Source: Candidatus Woesebacteria bacterium (lineage in GTDB: Bacteria > Patescibacteriota > Microgenomatia > UBA1400 > MFAQ01). From it: a DNA stretch of 64,000 nucleotides. Each line of letters opens with the position of its first letter. Position 1 is the stretch's first letter. Position numbers and translations under genes: made by a program. The notes beneath the pieces were generated by a model, which was not told the DNA's origin, searched no databases, and worked only from the letters and a program-made list of their open reading frames with translations. This document shows, piece after piece, positions 38,850 to 48,446 of the stretch. Location of the stretch: NCBI GenBank assembly GCA_035389185.1, contig DAOORK010000001.1:695419-759418 (forward strand), written 5' to 3'.

Positions 38850-40187
38850 TTATTTTTTAGCAGATAAACGGACATCGATGCGTTCCATATCGCGGGGGAA
38901 CATAGAAGCTTCACGAATATTTTTGAGTCCGAGAATGTACATAGTGACTCTCTCAGCTCCTAAGGCAAAACCGCCAAGCTGGGGCGAACCGTATTTAAAA
39001 GCTTGAAGATAAAGTACATTATCTTCTTCTTTAAGACCCCATTCCTTAACGTTTTTCAGAATACTTTGGTAGTCGTTGAGTCTCTGGCCACCGGAGGACC
39101 ATTCAACACCTCGGCAAAGTAAATCAACACTAAAAGCATATTCAGGGTCTGCCGGATCCGGGTAAACGTAGAAAGGTTTCTTCTTGGTGGGGAAATGAGA
39201 AACAAAAACGAGGTCTGACTCTTTTTCTTCTTTGGCCCAAGCACAAATTTCTCTTTCATCTTCCGGAGCAAAATCTTTTTCTCCACGGCAGTCGCGACCG
39301 GTTCTTTGGAAGATAATTTCTTGCGCGTCATGCAATTTTATTACGGGGAATTTATCCTTTGCCATCAAAGGAATGGTAGCACCGAAAAGAGATAACTCTT
39401 TCTGACACTTTTCACTGACCTCTTTGAAGATGAAACGGACGACGTATTCTTCCATTTCGAGAACATCTTCCCAGGAGTCTAGAAAATTAAATTCGGCGTC
39501 AAGACTGGTGGCCTCGGTGAGATGACGAGTGGTGCTAGATGGCTCGGCTCTAAAAATCTGATTGACACTAAAGACTCTTTCGAAGGCAGTAGTGAGGAGG
39601 GACTTGTAAAGCTGAGGACTTTGGGAGAGAAAGGCTTCGCTGTCGAAGTATTTGACCTTAAAAACTTCAGCACCGCCTTCGGGAACGGAACTAATAATCG
39701 AAGGAGCTTGGAACTCGAGGAAATCGCGAGCGATCATGGCCTTGCGGAAGGCCTCGATGATGATAGCCTGAACTTTGAAGATTGCTTGTATCTTGGGGTG
39801 ACGGAAGGTGAGAGAACGATAATCGAGGAGAGTAGAAATATCGAGATCGAGATCTTCTTTACTCATGTCGAAGGGCATCTCAGCGGAGGAGGCTAGTATG
39901 GTGAGTTTGGTGGCTTCGATTTCGATCTTGCCCGTATCTAAATCGAGGTTAATATTGTTTTGAGATCTTTCCTTAACTGTGCCTTCGATTTCGATGGTAT
40001 CTTCGGTTCTTAAGCTTTTGGCAGAGGTGGCGATTTCGCCCCAAAAGACTATCTGAACAATTCCGCTACGATCACGAAGATCGATAAAGACAACTTTGCT
40101 GTGGTCACGTTTGGTGTTAACCCAGCCTTTGAGGGTCACTGTTTGTCCAATCTTGGTGACGGTGTCTTTAATGAGTGTTCGTTCCAT
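38850..40187 (-). CDS. aspS: Aspartate--tRNA(Asp/Asn) ligase, short archaeal-like (likely non-discriminating)
   Basis: KRDH OB fold, EGGAEVF, SQSPQLYK, FRAEPS.T.RHLTE, SGGQR; no bacterial GAD insert. Confidence 0.9.
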   Translation of the reverse strand: MERTLIKDTVTKIGQTVTLKGWVNTKRDHSKVVFIDLRDRSGIVQIVFWGEIATSAKSLRTEDTIEIEGTVKERSQNNINLDLDTGKIEIEATKLTILASSAEMPFDMSKEDLDLDISTLLDYRSLTFRHPKIQAIFKVQAIIIEAFRKAMIARDFLEFQAPSIISSVPEGGAEVFKVKYFDSEAFLSQSPQLYKSLLTTAFERVFSVNQIFRAEPSSTTRHLTEATSLDAEFNFLDSWEDVLEMEEYVVRFIFKEVSEKCQKELSLFGATIPLMAKDKFPVIKLHDAQEIIFQRTGRDCRGEKDFAPEDEREICAWAKEEKESDLVFVSHFPTKKKPFYVYPDPADPEYAFSVDLLCRGVEWSSGGQRLNDYQSILKNVKEWGLKEEDNVLYLQAFKYGSPQLGGFALGAERVTMYILGLKNIREASMFPRDMERIDVRLSAKK

Positions 40188-40232
40188 GTGAATTATTATA
40201 TAGTTAATATGATCTTGGATACATATTTGTGT

Positions 40233-41564
40233 TTAAGGGTAGGGTAGATGATCATATAATCTTGGAAATAGAAATGCATCGCGAATGTGTGGAAGCTTTA
40301 GTAATGCCCTGAGAAGTCGTTCAACCCCCATACCAAAACCACTCCGAGGAATATTACCAAAATTACATAATTCCACATACCATTGAATTTTTTGTTTTTC
40401 AATTTCTGTAATATATTTTTTTTCATTTATTCTTGTTAGTAGCTGTGAACTGTCTTGAATAAATTCTGCTACACCCAATATTTCTCCGTAACCGCCAGGT
40501 AATAAAAGATCGGCCGTTTTTGTAAATCTATTATCTGATTCCATTATTTTGTAAAGAAATGGTTCGACTTTTGCTGGCATATTGGTTACAAAAACAGGTT
40601 TGTTGTATTTGCTTGTAATGATTGTTTCGGCTTTTTCATTAAGGCTTTGGCCAATTTCGATATCTATACCTTCAGATTTGAGAATTTTTAAGGCTGATAA
40701 ATATGAGATTTTAGGATATGGAGGCTTGAATTCTTGTACGTTGATACTAATATTTAGGTTATTGAGATCTACTTGTGAAACAGTGTTTAAATTATTGACT
40801 AGAAAAAATAACATATTTTCAATAAAATTCATCATATCTTCAAGTGAGCAAAATGCGGCTTGACACTTTAGGTGATAAAACTCAGGATTATGTCTTGGAC
40901 TTTTACTTGATTCTCGTCTGAAAGCGGGTGTGATTGTGTATACCTGTTCAAACGTTGGTACCATTGCTCCAAGATAAAGGCCAGCACACTGTGAGAGGTA
41001 GACTTTTGTCCCAAAATAATCGGTATTAAATGTATTATTGTTGTCGTATATATTTGTTTGTGTAAGTATTGGAGTGTCGACTTCGATAAACTGATATTTC
41101 TTAAACCATTCTCTGAGGATAGACAACATTTGGTATTTTATTACGAATACAGAACGAATTTTTGAGTTTCGAATATATAGATGTCTTTTATTTAAGATTA
41201 GTTTTGAATATCGTTTTTCGAAAGGATTTACCAATGATCTTGGAGAAGGTTCCAGTTTAGGTGAGGCAGTACCAATAATTAACATACTAATAATCTGTAT
41301 TTCTTGTTTGCCCTTTTTGGTTGTATTGTTCTTAGTTACACCATGCACCTTTACAGAAGAATCAATCGTAATTTTTGATATTTGAACATATTCGTTGTTC
41401 GAGACAGAATCTTTTAATACAATACTGTCAATACTGCCTGTGGAATCTTCAAGCTCAAAGAAAATTATTCCACCATGATCTCTCTTGTTTTTTATCCAAC
41501 ACAGAATTTCAACATCAGTATTTGTCTGTAAACCAAAAATATGTTTAATAAAGAATGTTTTCAT
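40233..41564 (-). CDS. Asparagine--tRNA ligase-like protein with substituted amino-acid pocket
   Basis: AsnRS architecture (OB fold, FRRESS...RH, DLLLPGGYGEI, SGFGMGVER, FPR); key residues differ; visibly AT-rich. Confidence 0.8.
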   Translation of the reverse strand: MKTFFIKHIFGLQTNTDVEILCWIKNKRDHGGIIFFELEDSTGSIDSIVLKDSVSNNEYVQISKITIDSSVKVHGVTKNNTTKKGKQEIQIISMLIIGTASPKLEPSPRSLVNPFEKRYSKLILNKRHLYIRNSKIRSVFVIKYQMLSILREWFKKYQFIEVDTPILTQTNIYDNNNTFNTDYFGTKVYLSQCAGLYLGAMVPTFEQVYTITPAFRRESSKSPRHNPEFYHLKCQAAFCSLEDMMNFIENMLFFLVNNLNTVSQVDLNNLNISINVQEFKPPYPKISYLSALKILKSEGIDIEIGQSLNEKAETIITSKYNKPVFVTNMPAKVEPFLYKIMESDNRFTKTADLLLPGGYGEILGVAEFIQDSSQLLTRINEKKYITEIEKQKIQWYVELCNFGNIPRSGFGMGVERLLRALLKLPHIRDAFLFPRLYDHLPYP

Positions 41565-41661
41565 GTCTGTTTTCGCCCTGATTAAGTATAACGCTACTTT
41601 GTTTAAACTTAGGATAGAGTAGTGACAAAATAGACTTATAAGTGTAGAATATGCCGTTAAG

Positions 41662-43506
41662 ATGATTGAAAACGAGTGTTGTTTAAGACCAGGAGTAAGT
41701 TTTGAAGTAAAAAGAGAGGAATTTTCTGTGGGTTTGACAGAAAAAGAACGACTGGCATTGGAAATTGCAGCAGAAATTCATAAGGAAGATATCAGAAGGA
41801 CGACGGGAGAACCTTATGTAAATCATTGCATGGCTGTAGCACAAATTCTAAGGCAATGGGGGGCAGATGAGGAAATGGTGATTGCGGGACTTTTGCATGA
41901 TACTTGGGAGGACCACCCGGAACTGATTTCACTAGAACAGATTAGAGATATGTTTGGAGAAAGAGTGGCGCTTTTGGTAGACGGAGTGAGTAAGTTTAAG
42001 TCTCCGACAGGGAAGGACAATGATTTTGAAACACTTCGAAAAGTAACCAGAGAGACTTTGGTGGAACCTGGTGTGGCGATGATTAAGCTAGCGGACCGTT
42101 TGCACAACATGCATACGATGGAGGATGGTCCAAAAGGAAAAGGATTCTCAGAGGAAAAGAAGATGGCGAAGGCAAAGGAAACTTTGGCCGTTTATGTACC
42201 CATGGCTGAGTCGCTTGGATTATGGCAAGTGAAAAATGCTTTGGCGGACATTTCCTTTTACTACCTAGAGCCAGAGAGATATAAACAAGTAAAAGAAAAA
42301 ATTGATTCTGATCCAAGGCTGGAGAAAAATTTTATTGAGGGAACTGAAAAAGCGATTGCGACTGCTTTGATTGAGGCTGGTATTGCGGCTGAAGTAAAGC
42401 ACGAGGTGGGTGGCTACTGGGAGTTAGCAGAAAAGCAGAAACGATCAGCAATGAGAGCCGATAGCAAGCCAAAGGAATTTGCGGACATTACCGATGTGGT
42501 CAGTTTCCGAGTAATTATTAAAGATGAAGAGAACTTGGCACAGTGTTATTTGGCGATGGGGGTAATTAGAAATAAATATAAGAACTTACTGGTACAAAAT
42601 CGGAGTGACGATTACCTAGTGAAACCGGCAGTAAATGGCTATAGTGCTTTCCATGATACGTATAAAGTCAATGAAGGAAATATTGAAGTCGCTTTTACGA
42701 CAAGAAAAAGAGAAAACTTTAATAACTGGGGGGTGGCGAGTATCGGTCAGGAAGAATTAATGAAAGACCCAGATTCTTATAAACGAAAGATGATTTTTAC
42801 TCCAAAAGAAGAGTTGGTGTTTATGGAGCCTGGAGCAACAGGAATTGATGTGGCCTACAAACTAAATCCTTTACTCGGATTAAGAGCCGTGGCAATTAAA
42901 GTAAATGGAGAAGTGATAAGCCTTGACAAAATAATCCCTAACGCTGGAGTAGTGGAAGTGATCACTGATCAACACCAAACGTACCCTAACGTAGACTGGC
43001 TCGGCTTTTGTAATCCTGAAACAAGGAACACAATTGAACAGCAAATGAGAATTGCCGAACATGATCAGGAAGTGAACAGGGGAAAAGAAATATTAGTTAA
43101 TCAGGTATTGAAGGAGAGGGGAATTTTGGCGATTGAGGATCTGGATCAGGATGTGGTTGATAAGCTATTGGTGGACTTGGGGTGTTGGTTTGGGATTGAC
43201 GATCTATATTACAAGGTAGCATACGGATTGGATCCGGAAGTGGTATCAAAGAAGCTTGATGAGATGAAGATTGGAAGAGGAATGTTTACCACGATATTAG
43301 TTCAGGGGAGAAACAGAATTGGCGTATCTGAAGAAATTGCCGGAATAATTGCCAAGCACAAGGGTGATGAGAGAAGTAAGGTGGAAAAGGTTAATAGAGA
43401 AGAGAACTTTATGATTCGAGTTTTGATAACGGTGGATTACCAAGGAAAGAAAGAAATTGAAAGAGAACTGCGAGAACGAAAGTTTACTAGTTGTATGGTG
43501 GTCTAG
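41662..43506 (+). CDS. RelA/SpoT homolog: intact HD hydrolase, degenerate synthetase, TGS domain
   Basis: R..GEPY..H, LLHDTWED, KLADRLHNM; FTPK...GATGIDVAY TGS. Confidence 0.88.
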   Translation: MIENECCLRPGVSFEVKREEFSVGLTEKERLALEIAAEIHKEDIRRTTGEPYVNHCMAVAQILRQWGADEEMVIAGLLHDTWEDHPELISLEQIRDMFGERVALLVDGVSKFKSPTGKDNDFETLRKVTRETLVEPGVAMIKLADRLHNMHTMEDGPKGKGFSEEKKMAKAKETLAVYVPMAESLGLWQVKNALADISFYYLEPERYKQVKEKIDSDPRLEKNFIEGTEKAIATALIEAGIAAEVKHEVGGYWELAEKQKRSAMRADSKPKEFADITDVVSFRVIIKDEENLAQCYLAMGVIRNKYKNLLVQNRSDDYLVKPAVNGYSAFHDTYKVNEGNIEVAFTTRKRENFNNWGVASIGQEELMKDPDSYKRKMIFTPKEELVFMEPGATGIDVAYKLNPLLGLRAVAIKVNGEVISLDKIIPNAGVVEVITDQHQTYPNVDWLGFCNPETRNTIEQQMRIAEHDQEVNRGKEILVNQVLKERGILAIEDLDQDVVDKLLVDLGCWFGIDDLYYKVAYGLDPEVVSKKLDEMKIGRGMFTTILVQGRNRIGVSEEIAGIIAKHKGDERSKVEKVNREENFMIRVLITVDYQGKKEIERELRERKFTSCMVV

Positions 43507-43513
43507 CGGAAAA

Positions 43514-44449
43514 ATGAGTTATATTAGTAATGGTTTGAATAATTTAGAAAGTCTAGTTAAATGTTTGGAACCAGAAAAGACAAAGCTAAATGAGCCGATG
43601 TCGGCGCATACTACTTTGGGTGTGGGTGGAGAAGCAGACATTTTTTATAAAACCGAAAATTCAGGAGACCTGGTTAAGGCGATACGACTGGCAAAATCTT
43701 TTCAAGTACCTGTTACCGTGATAGGAGAAGGAAGCGGAGTGGTGTTTGGTGATTTGGGAATTGAAGGGATTGTGATTAGAAGTAATAGCAAGAGAATTCA
43801 GATTAAACCGATAAGAAGTTTTACGGATATATTTATTAAAAAGGAAGTAAAGAAAATGGAGGTAACAATTGATGGAGGTATGGGGACGCAAATGGCATTG
43901 AAGGAATTGGATGGAAAAGGAATAGTGGGCTTGGAGTGTATGAAGAATTATAGAGGAAGTATCGCGGGGGCTGTCTTGGATGGTTTGGGAAGAGAGTTCC
44001 TGAAAAAAATATCCATCATTGATGTTCATGGAGGAGTGAAAACAAAGACGCCGGGAAAAAATGTCGAAGGCAGTGTGATTGTGGATGCGACGTTTGTTTT
44101 ACGATCAGGTGTCCAAAATCAGAAATTGAAGAAGCGCGGTGAAAAAATAAAAGAGAAAAAGCAAAGTCGATCGGTATCAAAAGTATTTGAGGATTTGCCA
44201 GAAGAAGAAGTGAAGATTTTGGGATATCCGACGGGGAATCCAGCGTATTTGATCGGAGATGTTTTGAATATGAAAGATTTTAGACTGGGAAAGATGAAGA
44301 TTTCGAGGAGCGATGCAAACACAGTGGTTAATCTGGGAAAAGGAACAGCAAAAAATTATGTACAGTTGGTGGAAGAAATAAAAAACAGGGCACGAGATGC
44401 TGTGGGAATCGAACTAGCAGAAAATGTGGTGCGATTGGGAAAGTTTTGA
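43514..44449 (+). CDS. murB: MurB-like FAD-binding protein, divergent
   Basis: NEPMSAHTTLGVGGEAD N-terminus and ISxxxAN.VVNLG.GTA...L..EN C-terminus; central motifs eroded. Confidence 0.7.
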   Translation: MSYISNGLNNLESLVKCLEPEKTKLNEPMSAHTTLGVGGEADIFYKTENSGDLVKAIRLAKSFQVPVTVIGEGSGVVFGDLGIEGIVIRSNSKRIQIKPIRSFTDIFIKKEVKKMEVTIDGGMGTQMALKELDGKGIVGLECMKNYRGSIAGAVLDGLGREFLKKISIIDVHGGVKTKTPGKNVEGSVIVDATFVLRSGVQNQKLKKRGEKIKEKKQSRSVSKVFEDLPEEEVKILGYPTGNPAYLIGDVLNMKDFRLGKMKISRSDANTVVNLGKGTAKNYVQLVEEIKNRARDAVGIELAENVVRLGKF

Positions 44450-44463
44450 ATTACAATAGCCTC

Positions 44464-46782
44464 ATGGCGTATGACTTTAAAGAGACCGAGAAAAAATGGA
44501 TAGATAGGTATGATGGTTTTGCTGGTTTTCACGGAATTGACTTTGAAAAGAAGGAGAAAAAATATATATTGGTGGAGTTTCCCTACCCTTCGGGATCTGG
44601 ATTGCACGTCGGTCATGCTTTTTCGATGACGGGGGCGGATGTCTATGCTCGATTCCAGAGAATGAAAGGATTTAATGTGATGTTTCCTATGGGTTGGGAT
44701 GCTTTTGGACTGCCAACTGAGAATTATGCAATTAAGATGGGACAAAAACCACAAGCTGTTACAAAGGAAAATACAGATAAGTTTAAGGAACAGATGAGGA
44801 GACTTGGATTTTCTTTTGACTGGGATAGATTGGTGGATACAACTGACCCTGATTATTACAAATGGACTCAGTGGATATTTACTAAATTGTTTGAGAAGGG
44901 GTTGGCACACAAGGAGGAAATGGCGATTAATTGGTGCCCATCTTGTAAGATAGGTTTGGCCAATGAAGAGGTAGTTGATGGAAAATGCGAGCGTTGCGGA
45001 ACGGAAACCGAGAGAAGAATAATCTCACAATGGGTGGTGAAGATTACGGATTATGCAGAGAGGCTTTTGGATGGATTGAAAGACACAAACTTTATAGACA
45101 AAGTTAGAGCGGCTCAGACGAACTGGATTGATAAAAGAGTAGGAGCAAAAATCCGTTTTGATGTCAAAGACTCTGAGGAAAAGCTCGAAGTATTTACCAC
45201 GAGACCAGATACCCTTGAGGGTGTGACCTTTATGGTGATTGCCCCTGAACATAAATTGGTTGGTGGGGTACTTAATAATCCAGGAGTGAAAGAGTATGTT
45301 GCCGAGACGAGAAAAAAGAGTGAGATGGAGAGAACAGAACTTTCAAAAGAAAAGACAGGTGTTTTCTCCGGCCTGTACGCTATAAATCCAGTGACACAAA
45401 AAGAGATTCCGATATGGATTGCTGACTATGTACTTATTTCTTATGGAACAGGTGCCATTATGGCAGTACCAAGCCATGATGAGCGGGACAAGGCTTTTGC
45501 AGAGAAGTTCGGACTGGAAATAAATCTTGAATATACTCCTGATGAGAAAATGATCGAAAAAATTGTAGAAAAAGGGGTTGGAGAGAAGTCGGTAAATTAT
45601 CACTTGAGAGACTGGATTTTTAGTCGTCAGCATTACTGGGGTGAGCCAATACCCATGATTTATTGCGAAAAAGATGGCTGGGTGAGTGTACCTGAGGAGC
45701 AGTTACCAGTTAGATTGCCCGAGATTGAAAAATATCAGCCAACTGATACGGGCGAATCGCCTTTGGCGACAATGACTGACTGGGTGGAAACGCCCTGTCC
45801 AGTGTGTGGTGGAGAAGCCAAGCGGGAGACAGATACGATGCCTAACTGGGCAGGAAGCGATTGGTATTTCTTGCGTTACGTCGATCCAAATAATGATAAG
45901 AAATTGGCTGACATGGAAAAGATGAAGTATTGGATGCCTGTGGACGTATATGTGGGAGGGGATGAACATAACACACTGCACTTACTTTATAGCCGATTTA
46001 TTTATCAGTTCCTTTGGGATTTGGGAGTAGTGCCGAAAGAGATTCCTGAACCGTATGACAAGAGATTGTCTCATGGGGTGATCCTTGGACCTGATGGAAA
46101 CAGAATGAGTAAGAGCCACGGTAATGTGGTGGTTCCGGATAGTGTGGCTGATGTTTATGGGACCGATGTGTTGCGAACATACATGATGTTTATGGGACCG
46201 TTTGACGCAACCATGGCTTGGAACGAGAGATCTTTGGTTGGGGTGAAACGATTTATAGAAAAACTATATAACTTGGTTGTTGACCAGGCAGGTAAAAATG
46301 GAGATGGTGATTTGACGGCTCCAAAAATCGTACAAAAGCTGATTAAAACTGCTAACGAGGATGTTTCCAGATTCAAATTTAATACGGTTGTGGCCAAACT
46401 AATGGAGACTGTCAATGAGCTGACAAAAAGTAAGGCGAAAGTATCAGACAGTGATCTAAAAAGTATTGTAAAGATTCTGGCTTTGTTTGCTCCTTTTGTG
46501 GCAGAAGAATTGTGGTCTATCTTGGGCGGCCAGTTTAGTGTACACACTCAGGAATTTCCTGTGTTTGAAGAAAGATATTTAGAGTCTGAGGGAATAACAT
46601 ATTCAGTCCAGATCAATGGAAAATTAAGAGATCTATTGGAAGGAGTAGACCCTGAGGCAAATGAGGAGGAAGTGCGAACAAAAGCAGAGTCTTCGGAAAA
46701 AGTACAAAAATATCTAAACGGAGGAAGTGTGATTAAGGTGATTTTTGTTCAGGGGAAGACGATTAATTATGTGATAACATAG
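44464..46782 (+). CDS. leuS: Leucine--tRNA ligase
   Basis: FPYPSG.GLHVGH, GWDAFGLP.EN, FTTRPDT, GTGAIMAVP.HD, RMSKS; TACAAT 6 nt before ATG 44464. Confidence 0.96.
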   Translation: MAYDFKETEKKWIDRYDGFAGFHGIDFEKKEKKYILVEFPYPSGSGLHVGHAFSMTGADVYARFQRMKGFNVMFPMGWDAFGLPTENYAIKMGQKPQAVTKENTDKFKEQMRRLGFSFDWDRLVDTTDPDYYKWTQWIFTKLFEKGLAHKEEMAINWCPSCKIGLANEEVVDGKCERCGTETERRIISQWVVKITDYAERLLDGLKDTNFIDKVRAAQTNWIDKRVGAKIRFDVKDSEEKLEVFTTRPDTLEGVTFMVIAPEHKLVGGVLNNPGVKEYVAETRKKSEMERTELSKEKTGVFSGLYAINPVTQKEIPIWIADYVLISYGTGAIMAVPSHDERDKAFAEKFGLEINLEYTPDEKMIEKIVEKGVGEKSVNYHLRDWIFSRQHYWGEPIPMIYCEKDGWVSVPEEQLPVRLPEIEKYQPTDTGESPLATMTDWVETPCPVCGGEAKRETDTMPNWAGSDWYFLRYVDPNNDKKLADMEKMKYWMPVDVYVGGDEHNTLHLLYSRFIYQFLWDLGVVPKEIPEPYDKRLSHGVILGPDGNRMSKSHGNVVVPDSVADVYGTDVLRTYMMFMGPFDATMAWNERSLVGVKRFIEKLYNLVVDQAGKNGDGDLTAPKIVQKLIKTANEDVSRFKFNTVVAKLMETVNELTKSKAKVSDSDLKSIVKILALFAPFVAEELWSILGGQFSVHTQEFPVFEERYLESEGITYSVQINGKLRDLLEGVDPEANEEEVRTKAESSEKVQKYLNGGSVIKVIFVQGKTINYVIT

Positions 46783-46787
46783 TTTAA

Positions 46788-47519
46788 ATGATTAAAGATA
46801 AAAACTCGATTTACGCTCCCATTTTGGTTTTCCTATTGGTGGTTGCCTCTTTCTTTGTAGGACGTTTATCTTCTCAAGTGTCCCAGATGAAAGATGGAAA
46901 AGGAACTGGTACTGAGACAACAGCGACACCGACAACGACAGAGTCAAAAATATCGGTAAAAGCCTTAAAAGAGATGGCAAAAGGATTCGGTGTGAACGCG
47001 AGTAAGTTTAATAAATGTCTGGACGATGGTACTTATACGGACAAGGTTGCAAAAGAAGAGAAGGAAGGTCAAGATTTGGGAGTAACCGGAACTCCTTCAT
47101 TCTTCATCAACGGCATAATGATTGTGGGATCTTTGCCCCAAGCTGATTTTGAGAAAGTGATTGACGCTGAGCTGAAGAATGGTACTGGAGATAAGGTGAA
47201 ACTTGACTCTACCGGTGAAACACCAAAGAGATTGAAAAACTTGTCATACGGAACTGGATACATCAAGGGAAACAAAGACGCAAAAATTAAGATAATGGAG
47301 TACACAGATTTTGAGTGTCCTTATTGCAATCGATCATTTTCCACCATTGAAGCGGTTTTGGCAAAGTATGGTGATCAGATTAGTTTGGAGTATCGCAGTT
47401 TCCCCTTATCTTTCCACGCTAACGCTAAAAAAGCCGCTGAGGCGGCGTTGTGTGCCGGTGATCAGGGGAAATTTTGGGAAATGCACGACAAGATGTTTAC
47501 AGTGATGGCGGGAGAGTAA
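46788..47519 (+). CDS. Membrane-anchored DsbA/BdbD-type thiol-disulfide oxidoreductase, circularly permuted
   Basis: GVTGTPSFFING (cis-Pro loop) precedes EYTDFECPYC...AAEAALCAGDQGKFWEMHD. Confidence 0.85.
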   Translation: MIKDKNSIYAPILVFLLVVASFFVGRLSSQVSQMKDGKGTGTETTATPTTTESKISVKALKEMAKGFGVNASKFNKCLDDGTYTDKVAKEEKEGQDLGVTGTPSFFINGIMIVGSLPQADFEKVIDAELKNGTGDKVKLDSTGETPKRLKNLSYGTGYIKGNKDAKIKIMEYTDFECPYCNRSFSTIEAVLAKYGDQISLEYRSFPLSFHANAKKAAEAALCAGDQGKFWEMHDKMFTVMAGE

Positions 47520-47558
47520 AAATAGCTTTGGTGAGGGAAATGCGGTAAAATATGCCTT

Positions 47559-48446
47559 ATGAAAAAAGTATTGATGGGACTTGCTATTTTGCTGGTTGTT
47601 TGGGGTGTGTTTTTAACACCAAAAACTCTAGCAGTAGCTGAGGAAATTACGCCCCAAATTGAAACTGTTGAGACGGCAACACTGGCTGCCGAAACGGTGC
47701 CAGTTAAAGAAATTGACTTAACTGTACCTACTCAAGAAGGTGACCGATTAACAAAACTCTTAAATGGTCAAAAACTTTCCGGATGGTGGGGTAAAGATGT
47801 GTTGAAGATTGCTATGCGAAAAGCTGTATCTGAAGGAGTGTCTCCAAACACTTTAGTATTACTCTTCTTATTCCCTCTTGTGGCCGCTTTGGTGGCTTTT
47901 TCCCGTCAAGTTGTAGGTGTCTCTGGATTTGGAATAATTACTCCAGCATTACTTTCGGTGGCTTTCTTGTCTACTGGAGGATTGGTAGGTATGGTGTTGA
48001 TGATTTTTATCTTGGGAGTAGCCACTTTTGCCAGATCACTTATTAAAAAAATAAAGATTCCTTATCTATCCAAATTGGCAATTTTAATCTGGATTATTTC
48101 AATGGCAGTACTGGTTTTACTTCTGGTGTCACCAATGATTGGACTTGAAAGACTTATGAGTGTAGGTATTTTTCCGATTATGCTGTTTGTACTTTTGGCC
48201 GAGACTTTTATCGAAGCTCAGATCACCAGAAGCGTATCTACTTCTATGTGGATGACAATCGAAACAGTTATTTTGGCTTTGGTGGCTTACAAGTTATTGA
48301 GTGCTCCCTGGATTCAGTCTCAAGTGATACTTCATCCAGAAATTTCTGTAATTGTAATTTTGATTGTCGACCTTTTGATTGGTAGATATAAAGGTTTGAG
48401 ATTATCTGAGGTTTGGAGATTTAGAAAAATTGTATATAGAAAATGA
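47559..48446 (+). CDS. 7TM membrane protein (7TM_transglut-like, partner of alpha-L-glutamate ligase-like proteins)
   Basis: P..A.LV.F.RQ.VG..GFG...P, FP.....E, GRYKGLRLSE..RF C-terminus. Confidence 0.8.
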   Translation: MKKVLMGLAILLVVWGVFLTPKTLAVAEEITPQIETVETATLAAETVPVKEIDLTVPTQEGDRLTKLLNGQKLSGWWGKDVLKIAMRKAVSEGVSPNTLVLLFLFPLVAALVAFSRQVVGVSGFGIITPALLSVAFLSTGGLVGMVLMIFILGVATFARSLIKKIKIPYLSKLAILIWIISMAVLVLLLVSPMIGLERLMSVGIFPIMLFVLLAETFIEAQITRSVSTSMWMTIETVILALVAYKLLSAPWIQSQVILHPEISVIVILIVDLLIGRYKGLRLSEVWRFRKIVYRK

